IMG/VR virus record: IMGVR_UViG_3300037522_000016
Location: 1-26,150 of that record
Direction: 5' to 3' (one strand)
Source of the DNA: a virus
Lineage: Duplodnaviria > Caudoviricetes
Length of the DNA: 26,150 nucleotides
Positions 18,442-25,566 of the stretch are shown in pieces. Position numbers and translations under genes: made by a program. Position 1 is the first letter of the stretch. Every line of letters starts with the position of its first letter. The notes beneath the pieces were generated by a model. That model was not told where the DNA came from and ran no database searches. It was given only the letters and a program-made list of their open reading frames with translations.

Positions 18442-19895
18442 GAGCGTACCGTTGGGCGGCTCAGGCGAGCAGGGGCCGTGATGACCGCTGGCTGCTTCTT
18501 GCGGGTCATCGACACATGCCGAGGGACGATCAGCCCGGACGCAGTGCGGATCTCGGCGGGTCGGGCATGCTCGGTCAGTTCGTGCATCCCATGCACCAGT
18601 GCGTCCAATCGGTCGGGGGAGGAGCCCTGCCCTGGAATCCACTGCGTGAGCTGTTCTTCCAGTTCGGTCAGGCCGGGCAGGTGGTGAACGTGGCCCTGCT
18701 CGTACAGGGAGAAGACGGGCTCGGCGCGAATCCACTTGCCTCGCCGGGAGTTGACCTCGCGCACGCGCGGGAACTTGCTGATGTTGTCCAGGGTGGACTT
18801 CACCATCTCACCGCCGTAGTTATCCTCCACGACGATGGCGTCAGCGGACCAGTGGTCGTACAGGTCCACAGCTCGGCGTGCCCAGCGCTCAGGGGTGTAG
18901 TGCCCGGAGGCGTCCTGGAGGACGTAGAACTCGTTGCCACGCTTGCCGATGACGATGATGCCGGTCTCGTCGGACTTGCTGTGCGACGTGCCAGCGGGGT
19001 CGATGCCGATGACGATCCGGTCCATCTCGGCGGCGAACTCTTCAGCGGTTCCTGTGGGCTTGTGCTTGCTGCTCTCGATCAGGTCCCAGGTCCAGAGCGC
19101 GCCCTCGATGTCTTCGAGGAGTTCGCCGTGGAGTTCCTGGCGACCGAGACGGGTGCCCTCGAACTTCTTCAGGATGCGCTTGGCGAACTTCGGGTCCAGG
19201 TTCTTCAGGTTCGCGTACGTGGACACTCGCGTCGTCACGGTGTCCTCGTCAGCCAGAAGCTCCTTCAGCCACTTGATCGGCAGGGGAGTGGAGGTGACCA
19301 GGGCCTTGGCACCCCCCGGAACATCCAGACGCAGGCCGAGGGTGAGGTTGTCCCACACGTCGCTGATCAGGGGCATGTGCGCTGGCTCGTCCAGCCATGC
19401 GGCACCTGACTGCGGGCCACGCAGGGAGTCCGGCTCCTCGCCGGAGAAGCCCAGGATCTCCGCGCCGTTCGCGAAGGTGAACTTCTTCTTCGACGGCTCC
19501 CAGGTGTAGGAGATCTTCGCGCGCTGGCACACCATCTCCAGGCCGGAGTCACCTTCGACCATGGTCTCCCGGACGTCCACGCCGCGACGCCCCACCATGA
19601 CCATGCGGGGGACATGTTCGCTCATCTTGCGCAGCCACTCGGCCGCAAGGCGTGTCTTACCGCTGCCTCGACCAGACACACAGGCCCAGGTGGACCAGTC
19701 GACACCTTCTGGTGGCCACTGGTCCCCCCGGGCGTGCGGATAGTCGGCACCCTTGTGCGGTTCGCCGTCGCAGGTTCGCCCCCGCTTGCAGTACCAGAGC
19801 TTCGGGGGCTCCTTCATCGACTCCAGCATGGCCAGGGCGCGCTCTTGCGCCTGAGGGGTCCACTTGCGGAACTCCTCCGGGTCGAACTCAGCCAT
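18432..19895 (-). CDS. terL: Terminase large subunit (487 aa)
   Basis: Likely start MAEFDPEE at 19895. Walker A GRGSGKT, Walker B LRGPQSGAAWLDEP, RLGRQELHGE, and nuclease motifs IGIDPA and SPDRLDALV. Confidence 0.95.
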   Translation of the reverse strand: MAEFDPEEFRKWTPQAQERALAMLESMKEPPKLWYCKRGRTCDGEPHKGADYPHARGDQWPPEGVDWSTWACVSGRGSGKTRLAAEWLRKMSEHVPRMVMVGRRGVDVRETMVEGDSGLEMVCQRAKISYTWEPSKKKFTFANGAEILGFSGEEPDSLRGPQSGAAWLDEPAHMPLISDVWDNLTLGLRLDVPGGAKALVTSTPLPIKWLKELLADEDTVTTRVSTYANLKNLDPKFAKRILKKFEGTRLGRQELHGELLEDIEGALWTWDLIESSKHKPTGTAEEFAAEMDRIVIGIDPAGTSHSKSDETGIIVIGKRGNEFYVLQDASGHYTPERWARRAVDLYDHWSADAIVVEDNYGGEMVKSTLDNISKFPRVREVNSRRGKWIRAEPVFSLYEQGHVHHLPGLTELEEQLTQWIPGQGSSPDRLDALVHGMHELTEHARPAEIRTASGLIVPRHVSMTRKKQPAVITAPARLSRPTVRSWS

Positions 19896-20043
19896 TGCTA
19901 CGGGCACGAAGCGCCTCCCTGTGCTTGCGGTACTCGATGACGCAGGCTCCGTGCCAGTAGCCACCGAACTGACGCAGAGCACGGTCGCCCATGTGCAGGG
20001 TCTTCCCGCACCGGGAGCACCGGGTGACGAACCGCATCTTCAT
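19888..20043 (-). CDS. Small Zn-finger-like protein (51 aa), missed by the ORF track
   Basis: MKMRFVTRCSRCGKTLHMGDRALRQFGGYWHGACVIEYRKHREALRARSNG with CxxC...HxxC; overlaps the terL start. Confidence 0.65.
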   Translation of the reverse strand: MKMRFVTRCSRCGKTLHMGDRALRQFGGYWHGACVIEYRKHREALRARSNG

Positions 20044-20063
20044 GTGCCAAGGATGGCATACCT

Positions 20064-20417
20064 CTACTTAACGTCCCAGGACCCGTACCCCTCACCGTCA
20101 TCCAGGGTCTGCACCCAGTACTTGTTGGCGGGGTCCTTCCGGTTCACCCAGTCAGGGTGGGGGCTGTCGGACAGGATCTCCTTGGACGACTCGCCCAGAT
20201 CAGTAGCGACGAAGGCAGCCGTGGCGCGGCGCATGTACGCCGGGGGGGAGAGGCCCCGAAGGCGAGCGGCCCGTCGTAGCGCCAGCATGAACTTCAGGCC
20301 GCCCTGGACCTGCATCTTGCTGTACTTGCGCTTGTTCACACCCTGAACAGCGCGCTTCTCCCATCCCTCCCGCTTGCCCGGGTCAGGGCCTGCGGCGTTC
20401 TCCTGACGCTTCCTCAC
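20064..20417 (-). CDS. Hypothetical basic protein, possible RHH-like segment (117 aa)
   Basis: GTGA coupling with the upstream ORF and SD GGAGGG; LRRAARLRGLSPPAYMRRA resembles RHH helices. Confidence 0.6.
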   Translation of the reverse strand: MRKRQENAAGPDPGKREGWEKRAVQGVNKRKYSKMQVQGGLKFMLALRRAARLRGLSPPAYMRRATAAFVATDLGESSKEILSDSPHPDWVNRKDPANKYWVQTLDDGEGYGSWDVK

Positions 20418-20572
20418 TGCCCGCCCTCCAGGATGAAGCAGGGCATGAACGGACGCGCATGATCGTCACCACGGGGGAGTGGCATCGACATGGCCTCGAT
20501 CAACTCTCGCTCGAAGCTGTCCCAACGTTCCTCAGGTACTGGCTGAAGGGTCTCAGGAATCTTCACGTACAT
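20414..20572 (-). CDS. Hypothetical protein (52 aa), missed by the ORF track
   Basis: Strong SD GGAGGTGA. MYVKIPETLQPVPEERWDSFERELIEAMSMPLPRGDDHARPFMPCFILEGGQ fills the gap between its neighbours. Confidence 0.65.
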   Translation of the reverse strand: MYVKIPETLQPVPEERWDSFERELIEAMSMPLPRGDDHARPFMPCFILEGGQ

Positions 20573-21161
20573 CGTCGATCACCTCCACGTCGAGAATGTC
20601 TGCCTCTTCCAGCTCCCCGTGCACCTGCCGGGCCATGGCCGAGACCCACTGCTCGATCTGACCGGCGGCAGGGTTGTACGTGACGTTCAGCTTCTGCGGA
20701 GCGTCAGCGCCGTACAGCTTCGTGTGCCGGTCGATGACGACCATCGCTGTGCGTGCGTACGCCAGGTGGTCAGGGTCGGACGGGTTCGTGGCACGGCGCA
20801 TCAGGGAGGACAGGATGCGCTCCATGCGCCGAGCTTCCAGGAAGCGGATGTGGTCCACGTCCTCTGTGGACTTCGACTCCATAGCCAGCGCTGTCTCTAC
20901 GGCGATCTGCGCGTCCCGGTTGGTCTTGAACTCCAGGATCTTGGCGATGTCCCCCCACCCAGCGCCATCGATGCGTAGCTGGAGTGCAGCAGCGGCACGG
21001 TTCTTCGGGACAGTAACCTCCTGGGGGTTCTCGATCTGGTCGGCCTGCTTGATCATGTCCTTCGACGCCTTGCCGCGTGCGGCCCTCTGGCGTTCGACCC
21101 GCTCGCGGTCCTCCTTCAGCGCTTCCAGTTCCTTCAGCTTCCGCTGCGCCGGTACGGGCAT
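20553..21161 (-). CDS. Probable terminase small subunit / HTH DNA-binding protein (202 aa)
   Basis: Start MPVPAQ at 21161 (TAATG). HTH segment ALQLRIDGAGWGDIAKILEF and RHTKLYGADAP motif; upstream of terL. Confidence 0.7.
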   Translation of the reverse strand: MPVPAQRKLKELEALKEDRERVERQRAARGKASKDMIKQADQIENPQEVTVPKNRAAAALQLRIDGAGWGDIAKILEFKTNRDAQIAVETALAMESKSTEDVDHIRFLEARRMERILSSLMRRATNPSDPDHLAYARTAMVVIDRHTKLYGADAPQKLNVTYNPAAGQIEQWVSAMARQVHGELEEADILDVEVIDDVREDS

Positions 21162-21676
21162 TACTTGCTCCCATCCGAGGACCAGCCACAGCGCGGGCAG
21201 GCACACACGTGCCCGGAGCGCTGCTTGGCGAACTCCTCCTCGTTGAACTCCAGGGGTCCCTCCAGGGAGGCCCGGAGGATGTCCAGGTCACCGTCCTGGT
21301 AGCCGGTGCCCATGAGGCCCATGTCTGTCTCCAGCAGGGACTCCAGGGTCTTCAGCATCAGCGCGGGGTCATCCCGGCCGAGCCGGGTGGTGCGGTTGTC
21401 TCCGACACGAATACGGGCGCGCTGGTAGTCGTCCGTGACGTGCACCTTCAGCACGGGGATCTGCTCAGCCCCGAGGGAGTGCAGCGCGTCATACCGGGTG
21501 TGCCCGGCGATGAGCATGCCGTCCTGGTCGGTGATGACTGCGCCGTAGAAGCCGTTGGAGACGATGGACTCCACGACGGCGTCCACGTCCCCGGAGTTCT
21601 CGTTCGTCGGGTCGGGGCGCACCGTTGAAATGTCAACGAGATGCTTCTCGGAGTCGGGGTGGAAGTAAACGCTCAT
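21161..21676 (-). CDS. ParB/Srx-like nuclease-domain protein with C-terminal CPxCG
   Basis: VRPDPTN...VVESIVSNGFYGAVITDQDGMLIAGHTRYDAL...RIRVGDNR and C-terminal CACPRCG. Confidence 0.85.
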   Translation of the reverse strand: MSVYFHPDSEKHLVDISTVRPDPTNENSGDVDAVVESIVSNGFYGAVITDQDGMLIAGHTRYDALHSLGAEQIPVLKVHVTDDYQRARIRVGDNRTTRLGRDDPALMLKTLESLLETDMGLMGTGYQDGDLDILRASLEGPLEFNEEEFAKQRSGHVCACPRCGWSSDGSK

Positions 21677-21828
21677 AGCTCTATCCGGGGGTCGGGGAGG
21701 TGTCGGTTCAGCAGCCAGCGCAGGCCCTTGCCTGGGGTGCCGCCGAGCATCTTCAGGATGGCCGCCTCACGGGGGGATACCTTGACGCACACCGTGACGG
21801 TCTTGGATGACGGGTCGGAGACGTTCAT
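21673..21828 (-). CDS. Small RHH-like protein (51 aa)
   Basis: ATGA-coupled on both sides, SD GAGG. TVTVCVKVSPREAAILKMLGGTPGKGLRWLL gives a beta-helix-helix pattern. Confidence 0.6.
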   Translation of the reverse strand: MNVSDPSSKTVTVCVKVSPREAAILKMLGGTPGKGLRWLLNRHLPDPRIEL

Positions 21829-22226
21829 GTCAGTTCCTCGACGATGATGTCCACGCCCGGGGGGAACTCCGGTGTCTCGTAGCGCTTCTTCGCCGTGAGG
21901 CTCACGACCAGCGAGTCGTCTGTCAGGACGGTCGGCTGGAGGGAGTCCAGGACAGCGCGGCAGAGCTTGTCCAGGTCTCCTGTGGAGCGCATGTGCGGGT
22001 AGAGCCGGTTCTTCGCAGCCGCTGGGCGGGGAAAGCGGAAGGCGAGCGTGACGCGCACGGGTGTGTCGAACAGGGGAGGGGTCGCCCCGTAGTCCCGGGT
22101 GATCTGTGCGCGGATCTCGCCCATCCACGTCTTGACCTTGGTCTGCTCGATCATGCGGCCGTTGCCCACGTGCCGCAGGGACCCCTTCGGCAAGGGCTTT
22201 CCGTAGGCGGTCAGTTCGAACTTCAT
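21825..22226 (-). CDS. rusA: RusA-like Holliday junction resolvase
   Basis: GKPLPKGSLR, PVRVTLAFRFPRP and GDLDKLCRAVLDSL...DDSLVV catalytic Asp pattern. Confidence 0.88.
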   Translation of the reverse strand: MKFELTAYGKPLPKGSLRHVGNGRMIEQTKVKTWMGEIRAQITRDYGATPPLFDTPVRVTLAFRFPRPAAAKNRLYPHMRSTGDLDKLCRAVLDSLQPTVLTDDSLVVSLTAKKRYETPEFPPGVDIIVEELT

Positions 22227-22513
22227 GCCGCCTCGTACGTCTTGGCGAAGATCTGGGGCTCACACCCGTAGAACTCGCCCTCCACGCCACGGATGATGAA
22301 GTACCCGGGCCGAGCGGCCATGCGGCCTTCAAGGGTGGCGATCGACAGGTAGTGGTCGCTCTCGCCCTGGCACCCTGGCCCGTCGCAGGTGTAGGTGGCG
22401 GTGCCCCCCTCGGAGAGGACCCAGTCGATGATCTCGGTAGCCCCTGCGGCGGTCCCGTCCCAGAGCATCGCCTCGATGACTACGGGGATCTTGCGGAACT
22501 TTCGCGCCTTCAT
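22223..22513 (-). CDS. Conserved phage hypothetical protein (96 aa)
   Basis: KFRKIPVVIEAMLWDG...IATLEGRMAARPGYFIIRGVEGEFYGCEPQIFAKTYE, a recognisable widespread phage family of unknown function. Confidence 0.8.
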   Translation of the reverse strand: MKARKFRKIPVVIEAMLWDGTAAGATEIIDWVLSEGGTATYTCDGPGCQGESDHYLSIATLEGRMAARPGYFIIRGVEGEFYGCEPQIFAKTYEAA

Positions 22514-22773
22514 GGCTGATCCAGCCGTACAGAGAGAGTTACGTCGTCCGATAGCTCGATCTGCATCATCGGCGCTGCGTTGAAGGCCAGGTTCCCGACG
22601 ATGAGCGCTGAGACCAGCGCAGAGAATGCCTCAGAGCGGATGACGTCGTCGGTGAGGGTCAGGATGACCTCTCCGAACGCTTCGTGCCCAAGGGCTTCGG
22701 CCTTGACGGTGGCGTCCTTGATCTCCTGTACGTCGTCAACGTCCAGGATGGACTGCCAGGTACTGATATCCAC
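22510..22773 (-). CDS. Hypothetical protein (87 aa)
   Basis: GTG start with SD GGAGG; ATGA overlap with the next gene. Confidence 0.75.
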   Translation of the reverse strand: MDISTWQSILDVDDVQEIKDATVKAEALGHEAFGEVILTLTDDVIRSEAFSALVSALIVGNLAFNAAPMMQIELSDDVTLSVRLDQP

Positions 22774-22801
22774 GCTTCCTCCAGGTAGGTATACCTAGAG
22801 G

Positions 22802-22960
22802 CTACCTCGGCTCACCACAGACCACACAGCGCCCCTCCATGTACCAAGGGTGCTCACAGCCCTGTTCGTCCGCTGGAGGCGCGTACAGCGCGTGATTTGC
22901 CCATGCCGTGGCCAGCGCAGCCAGCGCAAGGAGCACAGGGATGGCCCAGAGCCAGGTCAT
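22802..22960 (-). CDS. Small membrane protein with C-terminal Cys/His motif (52 aa)
   Basis: MTWLWAIPVLLALAALATAWAN... is a TM helix, followed by CEH...CVVCG; ATGA-coupled to the upstream ORF. Confidence 0.65.
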   Translation of the reverse strand: MTWLWAIPVLLALAALATAWANHALYAPPADEQGCEHPWYMEGRCVVCGEPR

Positions 22961-23070
22961 GCGTAGCAGCCCGTGATCACACGTGAACCGAGGAGCAGGA
23001 GCACGACAGCCACGGCCAGGATGGCGACACCGACCGTGACGTAGAAGAGGACGCTCTCCATCCGACTCAT
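22957..23070 (-). CDS. Small single-pass membrane protein (37 aa), missed by the ORF track
   Basis: MSRMESVLFYVTVGVAILAVAVVLLLLGSRVITGCYA; TGATG and ATGA coupling at its two ends. Confidence 0.65.
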   Translation of the reverse strand: MSRMESVLFYVTVGVAILAVAVVLLLLGSRVITGCYA

Positions 23071-23267
23071 CAGAGACCAGCCTCAGGGTCCTGCTTCGCC
23101 TCATACGGGGGAGTGTTGATCGTCGGGTCAGCAACAAGATCCTCGATCCGATGACGGATGAAACGCCCCATCATCGCGCTCAGAGAATCCTTCGGGTACA
23201 GCGCGGCGAACTCCTTCAGCCACTCATGATCCTCGGACGGTATACGCAGAGTCAGAACCGACGTCAT
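23070..23267 (-). CDS. Ribbon-helix-helix DNA-binding protein (65 aa), first gene of the leftward operon
   Basis: SVLTLRIPSEDHEWLKEFAA...SLSAMMGRFIR, an Arc/CopG-type RHH pattern. Confidence 0.8.
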   Translation of the reverse strand: MTSVLTLRIPSEDHEWLKEFAALYPKDSLSAMMGRFIRHRIEDLVADPTINTPPYEAKQDPEAGL

Positions 23268-23308
23268 GTATACAGCCTAGCGCTGTATACACCCCCAGCC
23301 GTATACAG
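23267..23308 (-). promoter_or_regulatory. Putative leaderless promoter (-10 TAGGCT) flanked by GTATAC boxes
   Basis: The minus strand reads TAGGCT-GTATAC-ATG with no SD. TGTATACAGC/GCTGTATACA inverted repeat at 23267-23291; third GTATAC at 23301. Confidence 0.6.
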
Positions 23309-23324
23309 CCCAGAGTGAGGATCT

Positions 23325-23340
23325 AGAAAACCGGTTTTCC
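23325..23340. repeat. Palindromic site AGAAAACCGGTTTTCC
   Basis: 15/16 match to the consensus; flanks TCT/AGA extend the symmetry. Confidence 0.8.
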
Positions 23341-23530
23341 AGAACCCCACCCCCGACACGAGGGAGGTATACCAGGTAGGTCCCCCACCAGAACCCACAC
23401 AGTCAGGCGGCATGCACACTGCTCTAGATGTGTGGAACTTTTCCGGTGGAGTGTGGGGGTATCGGGAGAATTTCCTGCTACTCGCGTTACTCACCTCCAG
23501 TCATCTAGACAGGTTCATGGAATCTGGGTC

Positions 23531-23546
23531 AGAAAACCGGTTTTCT
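23531..23546. repeat. Palindromic site AGAAAACCGGTTTTCT
   Basis: Perfect palindrome (18 bp with C/G flanks), 21 bp upstream of a putative -35. Confidence 0.85.
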
Positions 23547-23567
23547 GGACTAACGACCCCCCAGAAC

Positions 23568-23596
23568 TTGCCCAATCCCCCCGAACGTGGCACGCT
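23568..23596 (+). promoter_or_regulatory. Putative SigA-type rightward promoter
   Basis: TTGCCC (23568-73), 17 bp spacer, CACGCT (23591-96) preceded by an extended TGn; upstream of SD AGGGAG and ATG 23640. The -10 deviates from TANNNT. Confidence 0.45.
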
Positions 23597-23639
23597 CAGT
23601 GGGTCAGTCAAGCAATGTCCACTAGCTAGGGAGCACAAC

Positions 23640-24362
23640 ATGACCACTGCAACGGCAAGCCGCCCCGCCAAGGCGGCCACGCCCAAGGCCACCCCCGCGC
23701 ACACCACGGAGACGCCCAGCCGCGCCACGACGGACGGCAACGGCAAGGCGCTGCGTCTGGACCTTCCGACCCTGGCGTCGGCCTACAAGAGGGCTGCGTC
23801 CGCTGGTGAGGGTTCGCGGGTGAAGGCGTATGACGCTGCGGTCCGCGCGATGGGGGTCGTTCCGGACACAAAGTCCGAAAAGGGCGTTACGGTCGCGCTG
23901 AAGCCGGAGGAAAAGGCGCGTGAGGTCGCGAGCGCGTTCGGCATCGGCACCGACGGTGGCGTGTTCAAGATGCGCTCACCGCGTATCGCTCAGCTCTTCC
24001 GGACGTACACCGCCCAGGGCAAGGCTGGTGTGGACCCGTTCACCAAGGACGGACACGCGCTGTTCAGCAAGTTCGACATGGTCCGCAAGTGGGACGGGGA
24101 CGCGCTGGACACGGTCGCTACGGCGGTCAAGGCCAAGCCGGAGGACACGGCCAAGATCCTTGACGACGCCATCGCGGCGGGCAAGGCCAAGGCCAAGGCA
24201 CGGCGTGAGGCCAAGGCGGCCAAGACCAAGGGTCTCGCGCTGTTCGCGGAGGACATGACGAAGTTCCTCCCGAACCTGCGGGAGATCGCAGCCAAGGCGT
24301 CGGACGACGACAAGGCCAAGGCGCGTAAGGCGCTGGAGGCGCTGCTGTCGCACCTGGCGTGA
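23640..24362 (+). CDS. Ala/Lys-rich helical hypothetical protein (240 aa), possible DNA-binding early protein
   Basis: SD AGGGAG at 23628-33 supports ATG 23640 rather than 23412; strong GC3 bias. Confidence 0.85.
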   Translation: MTTATASRPAKAATPKATPAHTTETPSRATTDGNGKALRLDLPTLASAYKRAASAGEGSRVKAYDAAVRAMGVVPDTKSEKGVTVALKPEEKAREVASAFGIGTDGGVFKMRSPRIAQLFRTYTAQGKAGVDPFTKDGHALFSKFDMVRKWDGDALDTVATAVKAKPEDTAKILDDAIAAGKAKAKARREAKAAKTKGLALFAEDMTKFLPNLREIAAKASDDDKAKARKALEALLSHLA

Positions 24363-24371
24363 TCGCCAACG

Positions 24372-24401
24372 GGGCCGCGCTACCTACGGGTAGCGCGGCC
24401 C
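24372..24401 (+). terminator. 13-bp hairpin with a c(UACG)g tetraloop after the 23640 gene
   Basis: GGGCCGCGCTACC-TACG-GGTAGCGCGGCCC; the UNCG loop suggests function as plus-strand RNA; only TT follows. Confidence 0.65.
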
Positions 24402-24405
24402 TTGC

Positions 24406-24468
24406 GCTGCCGAAACGCCCCTTGGGGCGTCGTCCGGGCGACATCCCGGGCCTGACGAGGCTGTCAGC
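24406..24468 (+). ncRNA. Type II hammerhead ribozyme
   Basis: Complete core: GAAA 24412-15, GUC cleavage triplet 24429-31, CUGACGA 24452-58. Stem III ACGCCC/GGGCGU with a CUUG loop; stem I GUCCGGG/CCCGGGC with a CGACAU loop; stem II GCU-GCC/GGC-(UGUC)-AGC. Loop I GACA is complementary to the UGUC bulge. Confidence 0.9.
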
Positions 24469-24469
24469 C

Positions 24470-24485
24470 AGAAAACCGGTTTTCT
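24470..24485. repeat. Palindromic site AGAAAACCGGTTTTCT
   Basis: Perfect copy between the ribozyme and the SD AGGGAG of the 24497 gene. Confidence 0.85.
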
Positions 24486-24496
24486 AGGGAGAACAC

Positions 24497-24823
24497 ATGA
24501 GCATCCGTAAGCGCATCCTCGCCTTGCTGGTCACGGGAGTCATGGCAGCAAGTGCCGGGGGTGGTACCGCGCTGTACCAGGCGGACGTTGCCAGCGCACA
24601 CGCGGGCCACTCGCGAGTGGCGGCGAACGCCTACATCAAGGCCCACGGCGGCATCCCCGCGTGCAAGCACGAGGACGCGGTGCTGAAGGTCAACGGCAAG
24701 AAGGTCACGTGCGTGTGGTGGGCCGGAGCGCGCGGCAACGGCAAGGGGGACTCGTTCCTGCACCTGGCCAACGGCAAGTACGTGTACATCACGGGACCGG
24801 ACGCGAGGCAGATCCGGTACTGA
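24497..24823 (+). CDS. Secreted/exported small protein (108 aa)
   Basis: SD AGGGAG. Signal-peptide-like N-terminus MSIRKRILALLVTGVMAASA...ASA; two Cys; CVWWAGARGNGKGDSF. Confidence 0.8.
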   Translation: MSIRKRILALLVTGVMAASAGGGTALYQADVASAHAGHSRVAANAYIKAHGGIPACKHEDAVLKVNGKKVTCVWWAGARGNGKGDSFLHLANGKYVYITGPDARQIRY

Positions 24824-24828
24824 CGCGG

Positions 24829-24912
24829 TCGGTAGCAGAGCCCATCACCACTCTCTGGGGGAGTGGTGATGGGCTCTAGTGCTTACCGCACTCCCCGGAA
24901 AACATGTCTCCC
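24829..24912 (+). repeat. Intergenic module copy 1: TCGGTAG, 17-bp hairpin, GTGCTTACCGCAC, N5, degenerate palindrome
   Basis: Stem AGAGCCCATCACCACTC (24837-53) / GAGTGGTGATGGGCTCT (24861-77); GGAAAACATGTCTCCC at 24897-24912. Confidence 0.7.
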
Positions 24913-24937
24913 GGGGCATCGGAAAAGGGAGTAGCAC

Positions 24938-25558
24938 ATGAGTGACCAAGAAGTGCAGTGGAGGCTTGCCTACCGTCAAGCGATGGGGGGCGATGCTCGC
25001 GCCACAGTGGAGGTCCAGCGCGCCATGCGTGACGCGGCGATCGTGGATTGCTTCCGGGGCACTTCAGGCCGGAGCTTGCACGTCAGAGCCGTGGAAACTC
25101 TGCGAATCCTGGGCGTGAGCACGGGCAGTCCCGGTCGCACACGGGGGGCACTGTCACCCCAACGTGTTGTCCAGGTGGCCAGGGCCTACCACCTGGCAGA
25201 GGTGATCGGCCAGGTAGAGACCGGCACGGTTCCCCTGCACCACGACCTACGGACCGTGCTGGCGAGCGAGCTCACCATCGCGCTCACCGAGGCTCAGAAG
25301 TGGCTAGGTGGTGCGGGTGCGCAGAGGTTGGCGCACGAACTAAGCGAGATCCTGGAACCCCTGAAGGGGGACGCGCTCATGAGGGCCGCAGAGTCAGCAG
25401 TCCGGGACGCGATAGCGCAAGCCAAGCAAGAGAGATCCGCATCAGTGCAGGTTTCGCGTGCGCTGGACACTATCGAATCGAACATCGCGAGCTTGGACGC
25501 ACAACAGCAAGCGGAGCTAGCAAGTCGCCTGGCGAACATCTCCAGGCGACTTGGATAG
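24938..25558 (+). CDS. Helical hypothetical protein (206 aa), apparent distant paralogue of the 23640 gene
   Basis: SD AGGGAG; collinear motifs shared with the 23640 product. Confidence 0.8.
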   Translation: MSDQEVQWRLAYRQAMGGDARATVEVQRAMRDAAIVDCFRGTSGRSLHVRAVETLRILGVSTGSPGRTRGALSPQRVVQVARAYHLAEVIGQVETGTVPLHHDLRTVLASELTIALTEAQKWLGGAGAQRLAHELSEILEPLKGDALMRAAESAVRDAIAQAKQERSASVQVSRALDTIESNIASLDAQQQAELASRLANISRRLG

Positions 25559-25566
25559 CGGGTGCA

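Noticed and set aside
21161-21676. ParB-like gene as a partition system acting on the palindromes
   Set aside because: The protein has only the ParB/Srx N-terminal domain plus CPxCG, with no evident HTH and no parA in the window; such genes are common next to phage terminases.
23412-23639. N-terminal extension of the 316-aa ORF from ATG 23412
   Set aside because: It runs through the regulatory region with atypical codons; the SD supports ATG 23640.
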